Of a stretch of DNA of 64,000 nt, positions 20,033 to 29,083 are shown piece by piece. The notes below the pieces were generated by a model that was not told the origin of the DNA, did no database searches, and saw only the letters and a program-made list of their open reading frames with translations. Within the stretch, counting starts at the first letter, position 1, and every line of letters starts with the position of its first letter. A program made the translations under genes and the position numbers. The DNA is from an uncultured Acidimicrobiaceae bacterium (GTDB lineage: Bacteria; Actinomycetota; Acidimicrobiia; Acidimicrobiales; RAAP-2): the NCBI GenBank assembly GCA_963755985.1, contig CAVWLO010000003.1, positions 678,537 to 742,536 on the forward strand, written 5' to 3'.

Positions 20033-21335
20033 TCACAGTTGTTCAGCCGAGCTCTTCGATCGGGCACTCGCGGTCATCCCCGGTGGCGTCAATTCTCCCG
20101 TCCGCTCGTTCCGTTCGGTCGGCGGGCATCCCTATTTCGTGGCCCGGGGTGAAGGGGCATCGGTCTGGGACGCTGACGGGAATCGCTACCTCGACTTTGT
20201 GCAGTCCTACGGCGCGTCGCTGCTCGGGCACGCTCACCCCGCCGTCATCGCTGCCATCACCGGCGCTGCCGCCCTGGGCACCACGTACGGGGCGCCGACC
20301 GAGGGTGAAGTGCTACTGGCCGAGGCGATTTGTGCCCGCGTACCGGGCTGCGACCAGGTCCGTCTGGTGTCGTCGGGTACGGAGGCGGCCATGAGCGCCA
20401 TCCGGGTGGCCCGTGGCTTTACCGGCCGGTCCCGGATCGTGAAGTTCGCCGGGTGCTATCACGGCCATTCGGACAGCCTGCTGGCCGGCGGGGGCAGCGG
20501 TGTGGCCACACTCGGACTCCCCGACTCGGCCGGCGTCCCGGCGGGGGCAGTAGGCGACACCGTGGTGGCGCCCTACAACGTCGTGCCCGAGCTCGGCGAG
20601 GACGTTGCCTGTGTCATTGTCGAGCCGGTAGCAGCCAACATGGGCCTAGTCCCCCCTGCCCCCGGGTTCCTCGAGGGCCTACGGGCCGCATGCGACGCGG
20701 CGGACGCCCTGTTGGTCTTCGACGAGGTGATCACCGGGTTCCGCCTCGGCCCCGGCGGCGCTACTGCGCTGACAGGGGTCCGACCCGATCTTTGGTGCTT
20801 CGGCAAGGTGATCGGCGGTGGCCTCCCCGTCGGGGCCTTCGGTGGCCGACGCGACGTGCTGTCCGTGCTGGCCCCCGGCGGCCCCGTCTATCAAGCGGGA
20901 ACGCTGTCGGGGAACCCCCTCGCCACCGCGGCGGGTGTGACTGTCCTGAACCTCATGGACCCGCCGGCCTATTCGGCCCTGTCGGGCCGGGTGGCGGAGT
21001 TCGGCGCCTCCCTGGCCAAGGTACTGGCCGCGACCATGGCCGGGAGCGGGTTCTCGGCCCAGGTCCCAGTGGTCGGTCCGCTCGTGGGCCTGTTCTTCGT
21101 GGCCGACGGAGAAGGCGCGGTCACCGACTACGACGGTGCTGTCCGGTCAGCAGCGACGGGCATCTATTCGCCGTTCTTCCGCAGCCTGCTCGACCGAGGG
21201 ATCGCTCTGGCCCCCGGGCCCTATGAGGTGGCCTTCCCATCGATGGCCCACGGAACAGACGAGCTGTCCTGGACAGTCGATATGGCCGGCCAGGCCGTCG
21301 CCGAGGTGCTCGAGTCGCGGCCCGAGCTCGGCTGA
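20025..21335 (+). CDS. hemL: glutamate-1-semialdehyde 2,1-aminomutase
   Basis: It carries IPGGVNSPVRSFRSVGG, SGTEAAMSAIRVARG and FDEVITGFRLG...FGKVIGGGLPVGAFGG. Confidence 0.92.
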   Translation: MADHSCSAELFDRALAVIPGGVNSPVRSFRSVGGHPYFVARGEGASVWDADGNRYLDFVQSYGASLLGHAHPAVIAAITGAAALGTTYGAPTEGEVLLAEAICARVPGCDQVRLVSSGTEAAMSAIRVARGFTGRSRIVKFAGCYHGHSDSLLAGGGSGVATLGLPDSAGVPAGAVGDTVVAPYNVVPELGEDVACVIVEPVAANMGLVPPAPGFLEGLRAACDAADALLVFDEVITGFRLGPGGATALTGVRPDLWCFGKVIGGGLPVGAFGGRRDVLSVLAPGGPVYQAGTLSGNPLATAAGVTVLNLMDPPAYSALSGRVAEFGASLAKVLAATMAGSGFSAQVPVVGPLVGLFFVADGEGAVTDYDGAVRSAATGIYSPFFRSLLDRGIALAPGPYEVAFPSMAHGTDELSWTVDMAGQAVAEVLESRPELG

Positions 21336-21503
21336 CCCAACGGACTCAACGACTGATTGCGCTATGGACACAACAGGTTAAGGGGTTGTCCGGGTGCGCT
21401 GACGTAGTCGGTCGGACAAGTGGCTGGCCGGGCGGCGCTTCACGTGCTGTCCGCGGGGATCCGGCCCGGCGGCCGCCTCCGGCCCCCGGTGGCGGCCTCC
21501 GGC

Positions 21504-21545
21504 CTTGCCGGCTCTGACAGTTACACTTGCCGGCTCTGACAGTTA
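21504..21545. repeat. 22-bp-period x2 duplication including the stop codon of the HNH gene
   Basis: cttgccggctctgacagtta occurs at 21504-21523 and again at 21526-21545. Confidence 0.9.
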
Positions 21546-21555
21546 GAAGAGCCGG
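21530..21555. terminator. candidate hairpin between the convergent hemL and HNH genes
   Basis: ccggctct (21530-21537) pairs with agagccgg (21548-21555) around a 10-nt loop. There is no U-tract, so the function is uncertain. Confidence 0.25.
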
Positions 21556-23129
21556 TCCGGTGGCGCGGCGGGGTGGGATCCGGTGGCCGGGTCGGCGTCG
21601 TCGGTCTCGGGGTGGTCGGGGTGGTCGGTGGATCCTGTCCTCGGCGGTGGCTTCTCGGGTGGGAGCCACTGCCAGGTCCCCGGGCCCCCCTCCAACCGGA
21701 AACCCTGGTGGTGGCGCAGGTAGTGGTGCCGTGAACACAGGCGACAGAGATTCCACATGGCCGTCGGGCCGTTCTCGACCACGGGGATGATCCGGTGGTC
21801 GATCTCGAGGCCGTCTCTGACGTCACAACCGGGGACGACACAGGTCTCGTCCCGGGCTCTGAGGGCCCGGGCCAGGGGGGCGGTGATGGTCCGGCCCAGG
21901 TAGGTGACCGAGGCGATGTCGGTCCCCTTCGTGATGACCAGGTGCAAGATGGCGTCGCCCAGGAGCGACCGGGCCGTCTCGAGGGGGACGGGGCCCACCC
22001 CTGGTATCTCGCAGCGCTCGTTGCCTTCGAGGCTCCCCCGAGAGAGGGCCTCGACGTCCACCCGGAGGTGCACGCTCGCCGGTGGGGGGAGACCGGTCGC
22101 CCGGTCGGTGTCGGGGCTGGTCTCGTCGGTGTCCGGGCCGATGTTGCCCGGTCCGGTCTCGTCGGCGCCGGTGCCGTCGGGGTTCGTCGTGGCCGTGCCG
22201 GCCGGCCCACCGTGGCCCGGTGGCCGGCGCCCCCCGCTGAGCAGGGCGACCAGGGCATCGGCCTCGTAGGCGTCGGGGCGCTCTCGGATCCCCAGCGTGC
22301 GGGCCTCGTCGAAGAGGACGGTGCGGGTGGGCTTCAGGGCAGCGAGCAGCTTGGCCCCGGCATCGGGGGTGAAGAGCCCCTCCAGGCGGAAGGCCCCGTC
22401 GCCGTCGGTGTAGTGGCGCAGGAAGCGGGAATCCCGGATGCGCTGGTAGGCGGCCAGGGCGTCCTCGTGGGATCGGGCCTTGGCCTTGGCCCGCAGGCAC
22501 CGGTCGGCCAGCTGGCGGTGGGACTCGTTGCTGTCCGTGGCCGCCTCGACCAGCTCGTCGGAGCTTCCCGGGTCGAGGGTCAACACCCCGGCCACCTGGC
22601 GGGCCCTCGAGTGGGAGAGCTCGCCTGTGCGGAGGGCGGCATCGAGGCCGGGGTGGTCCCCCATCTGGTCGGCCAGCCGCAAGGAGCCAAAAGAGGACCC
22701 GACCGACTCCCCGGTTCTCCTGGAGAGCCACTCGGCCGCCGAGCGGGCCCCGTCTCTTGTGTGGAGGTCGGTCTCGGCCGCCCGCTTGGCCGCCAAGGCC
22801 TTCCCGGTGGCACAGAGGTGCTCACCCCGAGAGAACCGGTCGACCAAGAGGGCGGCGTCCTCACCCGAGTAGCGCCCCGGCTCGAAGGAGGAGACGAAGG
22901 ACTCGAGCAGGCCGATGGCCTCGGTAACCGACTCGGCCATGTCCGGGGAGGCGGTGTGGGACTCGGGAGTACCGGAGGAGCAGGGGTGCGACCCGGTGCT
23001 GCTGGTGGAGCCGGTGCGCGATGGGGCGGTGTCCGAGTCGGCAGCGCCGGCCGTCCGCCGCCCACGGCGATCGCCTCTTGGCCCGGTGCTCCTCGCATTC
23101 CTGGTACTCCGCTGGTCCGTTTTGGCCAT
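21543..23129 (-). CDS. DUF222 / HNH endonuclease-domain protein (13E12-like family)
   Basis: The C-terminus CVVPGCDVRDGLEIDHRIIPVVENGPTAMWNLCRLCSRHHYLRHHQG is an HNH motif. A long helical DUF222-like N-domain precedes it. ATG 23129 was chosen because the ORF part upstream of it runs through the 22-bp array. Confidence 0.8.
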   Translation of the reverse strand: MAKTDQRSTRNARSTGPRGDRRGRRTAGAADSDTAPSRTGSTSSTGSHPCSSGTPESHTASPDMAESVTEAIGLLESFVSSFEPGRYSGEDAALLVDRFSRGEHLCATGKALAAKRAAETDLHTRDGARSAAEWLSRRTGESVGSSFGSLRLADQMGDHPGLDAALRTGELSHSRARQVAGVLTLDPGSSDELVEAATDSNESHRQLADRCLRAKAKARSHEDALAAYQRIRDSRFLRHYTDGDGAFRLEGLFTPDAGAKLLAALKPTRTVLFDEARTLGIRERPDAYEADALVALLSGGRRPPGHGGPAGTATTNPDGTGADETGPGNIGPDTDETSPDTDRATGLPPPASVHLRVDVEALSRGSLEGNERCEIPGVGPVPLETARSLLGDAILHLVITKGTDIASVTYLGRTITAPLARALRARDETCVVPGCDVRDGLEIDHRIIPVVENGPTAMWNLCRLCSRHHYLRHHQGFRLEGGPGTWQWLPPEKPPPRTGSTDHPDHPETDDADPATGSHPAAPPDRLF

Positions 23130-23197
23130 ATGGAGAGCCTGACAGATGGGTGTATCAGTCACTAAGAGCACATGTAACACCACTGAATGCAACAGAG

Positions 23198-23320
23198 CAG
23201 CTCGTCGGCGGACACAGACCAGCTCGTCGGCGGACACAGACCAGCTCGTCGGCGGACACAGACCAGCTCGTCGGAGGACACAGGGCATCTCGTCGAAGGA
23301 CACAGAGGAGCTGGTGGAAG
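23198..23320. repeat. 22-bp x5-6 tandem array in the divergent HNH / methyltransferase promoter region
   Basis: The unit is cagctcgtcggcggacacagac, with 3 perfect copies followed by progressively degenerate ones. Confidence 0.9.
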
Positions 23321-23324
23321 GAGC

Positions 23325-24260
23325 ATGGCCAGGGAGCCCCTGGACGGCATTCGGGGGCTGGGTATGGACAGGCATCCGGGTGTGGCACCATCGAGTGTGC
23401 TCACATCGCAAGTCTGCACGTACGAATCGATCCACTCGCCCCAGTTGCTCCGATGGTCGGCTCGGCTGCGGCCCATGTGGGACCCGGATGGAATCGACAC
23501 TCGCGAAGTCTTCGATCATCGGAAGATGTGGGAGTGGCTGTTCATCTGCGAATCACTGCGCGAAGCGGGCATGCTCCAGCCGGGACGCAGGGGGCTTGGT
23601 TTCGGTGTCGGCCGTGAGGCGCTGGTGTCCCTATTCGCCGGTATGGGCTGCACGCTGGTTGCCACCGACCTGGGGGCAGACGAGGCTCGGGCCGCGGGCT
23701 GGACGGAGACCGGTTCGGAGTTCGCCGGTGGGCTCGCTGGGCTCAACGACTATGGGTTCTGCCCCTCTGAGGAATTCCGGCAACGGGTCGAGTACCGCGA
23801 TCTGGACATGAACCATATCCCCGACGACCTGCGCAATTTCGATTTCACCTGGTCCTCGTGCGCCTTCGAGCATTTGGGCTCGTTGGCCGCCGGCATCGAC
23901 TTCGTCGTCAACCAGATGCAGTGCTTGAAGCCCGGCGGCCTGGCCGTCCACACCACGGAGCTGAACGTGTCGTCGGACACCGAGACCATCACCCAGGGCG
24001 GCACGGTCCTCTACCGCCGGTGGGACATCGAGGACCTGGTCAGGCGGCTTCGATCCGACGGTCACCGGATTGCCTACGACCTGTCGGAGGGCAGCCACCC
24101 CGCCGACCGGCACGTCGACGTCCCCCCGTTTACCAACACGCATCTGCGCACCAGACTGGGGGAGTACACAACGACTTCACTCGCCCTGGTCATCCAAAAG
24201 GACGGAGGTGCAGGGGCATGGCGCTCCCGAGCCAAACGCCTGCTGACCCGACAACGTTGA
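23325..24260 (+). CDS. class I SAM-dependent methyltransferase
   Basis: It carries RGLGFGVGREALVSLFAGMGCTLVATD (motif I), FDFTWSSCAFEHL and LKPGGLAVHTTE. The start is uncertain, with ATG at 23325, 23364 or 23475. Confidence 0.7.
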   Translation: MAREPLDGIRGLGMDRHPGVAPSSVLTSQVCTYESIHSPQLLRWSARLRPMWDPDGIDTREVFDHRKMWEWLFICESLREAGMLQPGRRGLGFGVGREALVSLFAGMGCTLVATDLGADEARAAGWTETGSEFAGGLAGLNDYGFCPSEEFRQRVEYRDLDMNHIPDDLRNFDFTWSSCAFEHLGSLAAGIDFVVNQMQCLKPGGLAVHTTELNVSSDTETITQGGTVLYRRWDIEDLVRRLRSDGHRIAYDLSEGSHPADRHVDVPPFTNTHLRTRLGEYTTTSLALVIQKDGGAGAWRSRAKRLLTRQR

Positions 24261-24330
24261 CGCGCTCCGATCCACCACAATGGAGCCGTGAGGGCGGATC
24301 CAACCTCGTGAACGGACTGGTGAACGGGCG

Positions 24331-25815
24331 ATGACGGGGCCCGGGACCCTCGGGGAGCGACCGTCGGCGGACCCGACAGGGTTGAGCGGCTTTCGACTCG
24401 ACGGCGTCTCGCTCATCGCCGTTGCGGGTGATGGACCCGAGACGGTCGACGGGTTGACACTGTTGCTCGACGCCATCGGCTTCGTCATCGTGGGGCCTAC
24501 GGCGGGCGCGTCGCGGCGCGTCGAATGGTCGGCGGTGGCCGGTGTCGAGGTGGGCTTGGTGGTGTCGGGAACCGACGGAGGCATCGCCACCCCGCTCGAT
24601 GTGAGCTCTGCGGGCAAGACGGTCCGGTTCATGCTTCCGGCCAGCCGGGTGTCCCCGGCGCAGGTTTCACTGCTCGAGCGCCGGCTGGTCCAGTGGAAGG
24701 CGCCAGCAGGTCGAGACGGAGGCGCGGCCCCGGGCACGGCGATGCCCTTTCCGTCCTCTGCGCCCAACTCGATGGCCGGGCCTGCGCCCAACCAGACGCC
24801 TTCGATGGGCTCGTGGCCTGCGCCCAACCAGACGCCTTCGATGGGCTCGTGGCCTGCGCCCAACCAGACGCCTTCGATGGGCTCGTGGCCACGGCCGGCC
24901 GAGAGGCTCGGACCGGCGTACGGCCGCCCCACTATGGGCCCGGTCGGGTCAGTATGGCCGATACAACCGGTCGACCACCTTGTCGAGCACTCCCGGCGTC
25001 GCCGGCACAAGGTCATGGGCATGTCACTGTCGCTGCTACTCGTCCTGGCCGGTGTTGGACTCTGGGTCGGCCTGGCCAACACTGGCCAGCCGCCGAGGTC
25101 GACGACCTCGACAACTCGACCATCGGCCGACCAACAGCTCGCTCGGAACACCATGCTGTCTCAGACCGACCTCCCGTCCGGATGGCAGATCTCCCCAGGA
25201 GGATCAGGTGGTACCAGCGCGGCCGACCGGAAGGCCGAGCGCCAAATCGCCGCCGTGTTCCAGAAGTGCATGGGCGTCACCGCCGATCAGGCCACGACGG
25301 CCCTCGGCGGCCAGAGCGCGGACCAGACGGCACAGGCCCAGTCGCCGATCTTCGTCGGGCCGGCGGCGGGGTCCGCCTCCGGCGCAGCCACGGAGCTGCA
25401 GTCGACATCCGCGGTGGTCCGCACGCATGCCGACGAGACGAACGACTACGCGGTCTATGCCAACCCCCATTACCCCCAGTGCAATGCCTCGGCGAGCGCG
25501 GCCGAGGCCCAGATCGGCGTAAACGACACCAGCGGAAGCCACGATAAACCAGGGCCGGCCGAGGGCCACATGGTGTCGATCCCGCCGTTCCCCGGCGAGC
25601 AGGTCCTCGAGGTTGAGTCGACGTTCACGCTGAACACGGGAGGCCAGGCCATAGTGGTGCAGGACTATCAGGTTCTTGTGGCGGGCGACCGGGTCGAGGC
25701 CTCGTTGGGCGCCTTCGCCGTGGGGACGGTGTTCCCGACGGACGTGCTCTCCACCTCTGCCTCGACGCTCGAGCACCGGGTTGCATCGGTTGGACCGGGA
25801 AAGGGCGCAGCTTGA
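24331..25815 (+). CDS. hypothetical single-pass membrane protein, paralog A
   Basis: 494 aa. It has an N-terminal ~130-aa domain, a Pro-rich repeat linker and the TM segment MGMSLSLLLVLAGVGLWVGLA. The extracytoplasmic domain has two Cys (FQKCMGV, YPQCNAS). Confidence 0.6.
   Translation: MTGPGTLGERPSADPTGLSGFRLDGVSLIAVAGDGPETVDGLTLLLDAIGFVIVGPTAGASRRVEWSAVAGVEVGLVVSGTDGGIATPLDVSSAGKTVRFMLPASRVSPAQVSLLERRLVQWKAPAGRDGGAAPGTAMPFPSSAPNSMAGPAPNQTPSMGSWPAPNQTPSMGSWPAPNQTPSMGSWPRPAERLGPAYGRPTMGPVGSVWPIQPVDHLVEHSRRRRHKVMGMSLSLLLVLAGVGLWVGLANTGQPPRSTTSTTRPSADQQLARNTMLSQTDLPSGWQISPGGSGGTSAADRKAERQIAAVFQKCMGVTADQATTALGGQSADQTAQAQSPIFVGPAAGSASGAATELQSTSAVVRTHADETNDYAVYANPHYPQCNASASAAEAQIGVNDTSGSHDKPGPAEGHMVSIPPFPGEQVLEVESTFTLNTGGQAIVVQDYQVLVAGDRVEASLGAFAVGTVFPTDVLSTSASTLEHRVASVGPGKGAA
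24781..24888 (+). repeat. 36-bp x3 perfect in-frame tandem repeat in paralog A
   Basis: The unit is cctgcgcccaaccagacgccttcgatgggctcgtgg, encoding PAPNQTPSMGSW. Confidence 0.95.
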
Positions 25816-27280
25816 CCGCCGAGGAACCGAGGTTGCCCCCCGAAGGCATGCTGCTCACCGGCGTCGATCTGGGCGGCGACTACGAACGCGGCACGGCGAC
25901 CGTCCACGGGCTGAGCCTGTTGTTCACTGCCGACGGCGTCACCGTGCAAGGCCCCGAGCCCGGCGCCGAGCGTCTCGTGGCCTGGTCCGGCCTCTCGTCG
26001 GCCTCGTGCCGTGCCCGGGCGCGGCAGGGGACGGGACCACAGCCATGGTGCTTATCCTGCAGGCTGGAACGCAGACCGTGCGCTTCTTTCTCCCCAGCGA
26101 CAAGGTGACGGCCGGACAGGCTGCCTACCTCGACCAGGCGCTCCCGATCTGGCTGGACCGCTACGGCGGGTCCGCCGACGGCATTGAAGGTCCCGGGCCG
26201 GGTGGGGTTGCGCCTGCTGCACAGGCCGCCACGGCGCCTGCCCCCGCCCACACGCCGCCCGCCGCCACGGCGCCAGCTCCCGCCGACACGCCGCCCGTCT
26301 CCGCACCGCCAGCTCCCCTCGACACGCCGCCCGCCGCCGCTCCGCCCGCCGCCGCTCCGCCCGCCGCCGCTCCGCCCGCCGCCGCTCCGCCCGCTGCCGC
26401 TCCGCCCGCCGCCGCTCCGCCCGCTGCCGCTCCGGCTCCTCTCGGGTTGGCCGCACCGCCCATCCAGCCGATCGATCCCGAGGCTTCACCGACGAACCCC
26501 CGACGGTTCATGCGGCGTCGCACGTTGTTCGTTGCCGTGGGCACACTGGTTGCGGCGCTGATCGCAGTCGCCGTGTACTTCGCCACCAACGACTCGGGCA
26601 CAGCCGCCGTCTCCCCGACCTCGGCGCCGGGCACGACGACTCCGACGGCCGATCAGCAACTGGTCAATACCGTCAACCTGCGCCTGTCCGACCTACCCGC
26701 CGGCTTCGGGAAGGTGCCACCAATCGGCTCCAACCTCACGCCCGCCCAGCAGCGCTCGCAGACCAGAGCAGTCAACCAGTTGGCCGGGTGCCTCGGGATG
26801 CCCGAGGCGTTCATCGGCGGCCTGTTCGGCAACCTGGCCCAGACCGACCAGACGGCGGCGGGCGATTCACCTACCTTCGCCAGCGCGGCCACCCCCACCA
26901 CCATCGCCGACTCGCACACCACGGTGGTGAAGACGACGAACGATGCCACGGCCGACGCCGCCCCATTCACCAAGGCCAACTTCACCTCCTGTTTCAGCCA
27001 GTTCCAGAACGCCTCGGTGGCTGCCCAGGTATCAGGGGGCACTGCCACCGTCACCTCGGTCCCGTTGTTCGCCCCGACTGGGGTCGGCGCCTACGGCTAT
27101 CTCACGACATCGAAGCTGCCCGGGCAGGGGACGCTGCTCACCGAGATGGCCTTCATGATCGGAGGGCGCATCGAGACCGGGCTCACGATCCAGACCACGG
27201 GCACCGCCATCTCGACCGATGTATTCGACTCGGCCTATACGGCCATGGTCCAGCGCATCGCCGACGCCGGCCGGACCTGA
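25812..27280 (+). pseudogene. paralog B of the upstream membrane protein, frame broken by a 5-bp tandem duplication
   Basis: The TTG start overlaps the paralog A stop (TTGA). The N-terminal ~65 codons are in frame 0 and the rest (ORF 25676..27280) is in frame 2. Removing one copy of CGTGC at 26005-26014 yields one 487-codon ORF collinear with paralog A. Confidence 0.65.
26327..26431 (+). repeat. 15-bp x7 in-frame tandem repeat in paralog B
   Basis: The unit is ccgcccgccgccgct, encoding PPAAA. Confidence 0.95.
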
Positions 27281-27324
27281 TCGGCGAGAGCCAGGCGCCG
27301 CGCTGGATGATCTGCACGGCGCAT

Positions 27325-27478
27325 CCCAGATGAGCCGGAACAGCGCCTGGCCAGATGTTCCGGAGCGGCGCCGGCCAGATGATCCGGAGCGGCGCCGGCC
27401 AGATGATCCGGAGCGGGGCCGGCCAGATGATCCGGAGCGGCGCCGGCCAGATGATCCGGAGCGGCGCCTGGCCAGATC
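27325..27478. repeat. 24-bp x6 tandem array in a convergent intergenic region
   Basis: The unit is ccagatgatccggagcggcgccgg. Confidence 0.95.
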
Positions 27479-27501
27479 GGTGTGTGGGGGCGAGGGTCGG
27501 G

Positions 27502-28843
27502 TCAGCCGGCGGGCTTCGGCCACGTTCGGGCCACGGCGGCAAAGGCCCGGTAGGCGGCCTCGGCCGGACCGGTCTCGTCGGGGCGCAGCAGGTTGGCCAT
27601 GATGCGGAGGATCCAGCCCATCAGGCTCTCGGAGTGCATGCCCGTCCCCACGCAGAGCTTCATGAGCTCGGGTTGGCTGATCATCCTGATGAAGGCGTTG
27701 GCCACCCGGTAGTAGAGGCCGTAGGCATCTTCGAGCCGTTGCTCGTAGCGGGCCAGTGCAACCTCGCCGTCGCCGGACAGCGCCTCACCCAGCGATGCCG
27801 CGGCCAGCCGCCCGGTCTCGTAGCCGTAGGCGATGCCCTCGCCGTTGAACGGGTTGATCGAGCCGCCGGCGTCGCCGATGACCAGCACGGTGGGGCCGAC
27901 CCGCGGGCCGACCGACAGCCCCATGGGCAGCTTGCCCCCTGTGGGCGGCCCGAGGCATGTTTCCGGCGACAGCTCCCAGGCTTTGGGCGCCCAGTCCACG
28001 AAGGCGTCCATGAGGTGGGAGGTGTTGACGCCCTTCCAGCGGCGGTCGGTGGAGAGCAGGCCGACGCCCACGTTGACCCGGCCGTCGCCGAGGGGGAAGA
28101 TCCAGCCGTAGCCGGGCACCACTTTGCCAGTCCGAGTCCCGGATGTCGAGGTGGGACTCGATGAACGTCTCGGCGTGGCCGGGTGAGCGGTAGTAGCCAC
28201 GGAGGGCCATGCCCATGGGCTGGTTCCGGTTCCGGCCCGTGCCCAGCATCCGGCCGAAGCGGGAGTTGGCCCCGTCGGCCACCACCACGTAGCGGGCCCG
28301 GACCTCCCGGGTCTGCCCGTTCTCCTTGTCCTTCACCACGGCCCCGAGGCAGGAGGGCAGGCTGAGAGCCGTCTCCCGGTCCAGAGGAGCCGAGGTCCCG
28401 GCCGCGGCGGGCGATGATCCCGGCCGCACAAGGGCACCGGCACGGTCGGGGGCATCGGCCAGGATGGGGGCGACGGCCTCGGTCCCCTGCCAGACGGTGG
28501 CCCCGGCCTTCTCGGCCCGCTCGTTGACGATCTGGTCGAGGTCGTGGCGGGTGATCACGTAGCCGTAGGAGGGGAAGCTGGGGTGCTCGGGCCAGGGCAG
28601 GTCGAGTACCTTGCCGTAGGCGTTGGCCCGCAGTCCCTGGTAGCGGTGCGCCCCGGTCAGCGAGGCCTCGATGCCCATGTCGGCGATCTGGCGGACGGCC
28701 CGGGGGGTGAGGCCGTCCCCGCAGGTCTTCTCCCGGGGGAAGACCTTCTTCTCCACCAGGGCCACATCCCAGCCGGCCTCGGCCAGCCAGTAGGCACAGG
28801 CCGAGCCCGAGGGACCGCCTCCGACGATCAGGACGTCGTGCAC
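27502..28843 (-). pseudogene. geranylgeranyl reductase-family FAD oxidoreductase (MenJ-like position next to nuo), frameshifted
   Basis: The N-terminal half is in ORF 27785..28933, with VLIVGGGPSGSACAYWLAEAG, EKTCGDGLTP and VVADGANS. The C-half is in ORF 27502..28200, with VVPGYGWIFPLGDGRVNVGVG and VIGDAGGSINPFNGEGI. The frames switch near 28125-28135 (minus strand gac tcg gac t ggc aaa gtg gtg ccc). Confidence 0.75.
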
Positions 28844-28850
28844 ATGGTCG

Positions 28851-28932
28851 TCGGCCGGGAGCACGTGGTCTCGGCCGGGAGCACGTGGTGTCGGCCGGGA
28901 GCACGTGGTCGTCGGCCGGGACCACGTGGACA
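28851..28932. repeat. 20/21-bp x4 tandem array in the divergent region between the reductase gene and nuoA
   Basis: The unit is tcggccgggagcacgtggt(c/g). Confidence 0.9.
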
Positions 28933-29083
28933 TGGTCGTCGGCGGGACGCTTCCCCGGAGCGTCGCCAGGGCTGGCCGGTTGGGCGGTCACGACCCACGA
29001 TGGTAGGCCCGGTCCGACTGGGCCGGTGCACGCCCGGCTCCGATGTGCCTGCCCCCAGGCCAGCGTGGTAAAACGAATCCGCT

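Noticed and set aside
21795-23165. 456-aa plus-strand ORF opposite the DUF222/HNH gene
   Set aside because: Its composition is low-complexity Gly/Arg/Pro/Val, while the minus strand carries a clear HNH motif. It is a shadow ORF.
25980-26045. Programmed ribosomal frameshifting in paralog B
   Set aside because: There is no X XXY YYZ slippery heptamer and no obvious downstream stimulatory structure. A simple 5-bp tandem duplication explains the shift exactly.
27355-28164. 269-aa ORF beginning MFRSGAGQMIRSGAGQMIRSGAGQ...
   Set aside because: Its N-terminus is only a translation of the 24-bp intergenic array. The remainder is antisense to the well-conserved geranylgeranyl reductase C-terminal half.
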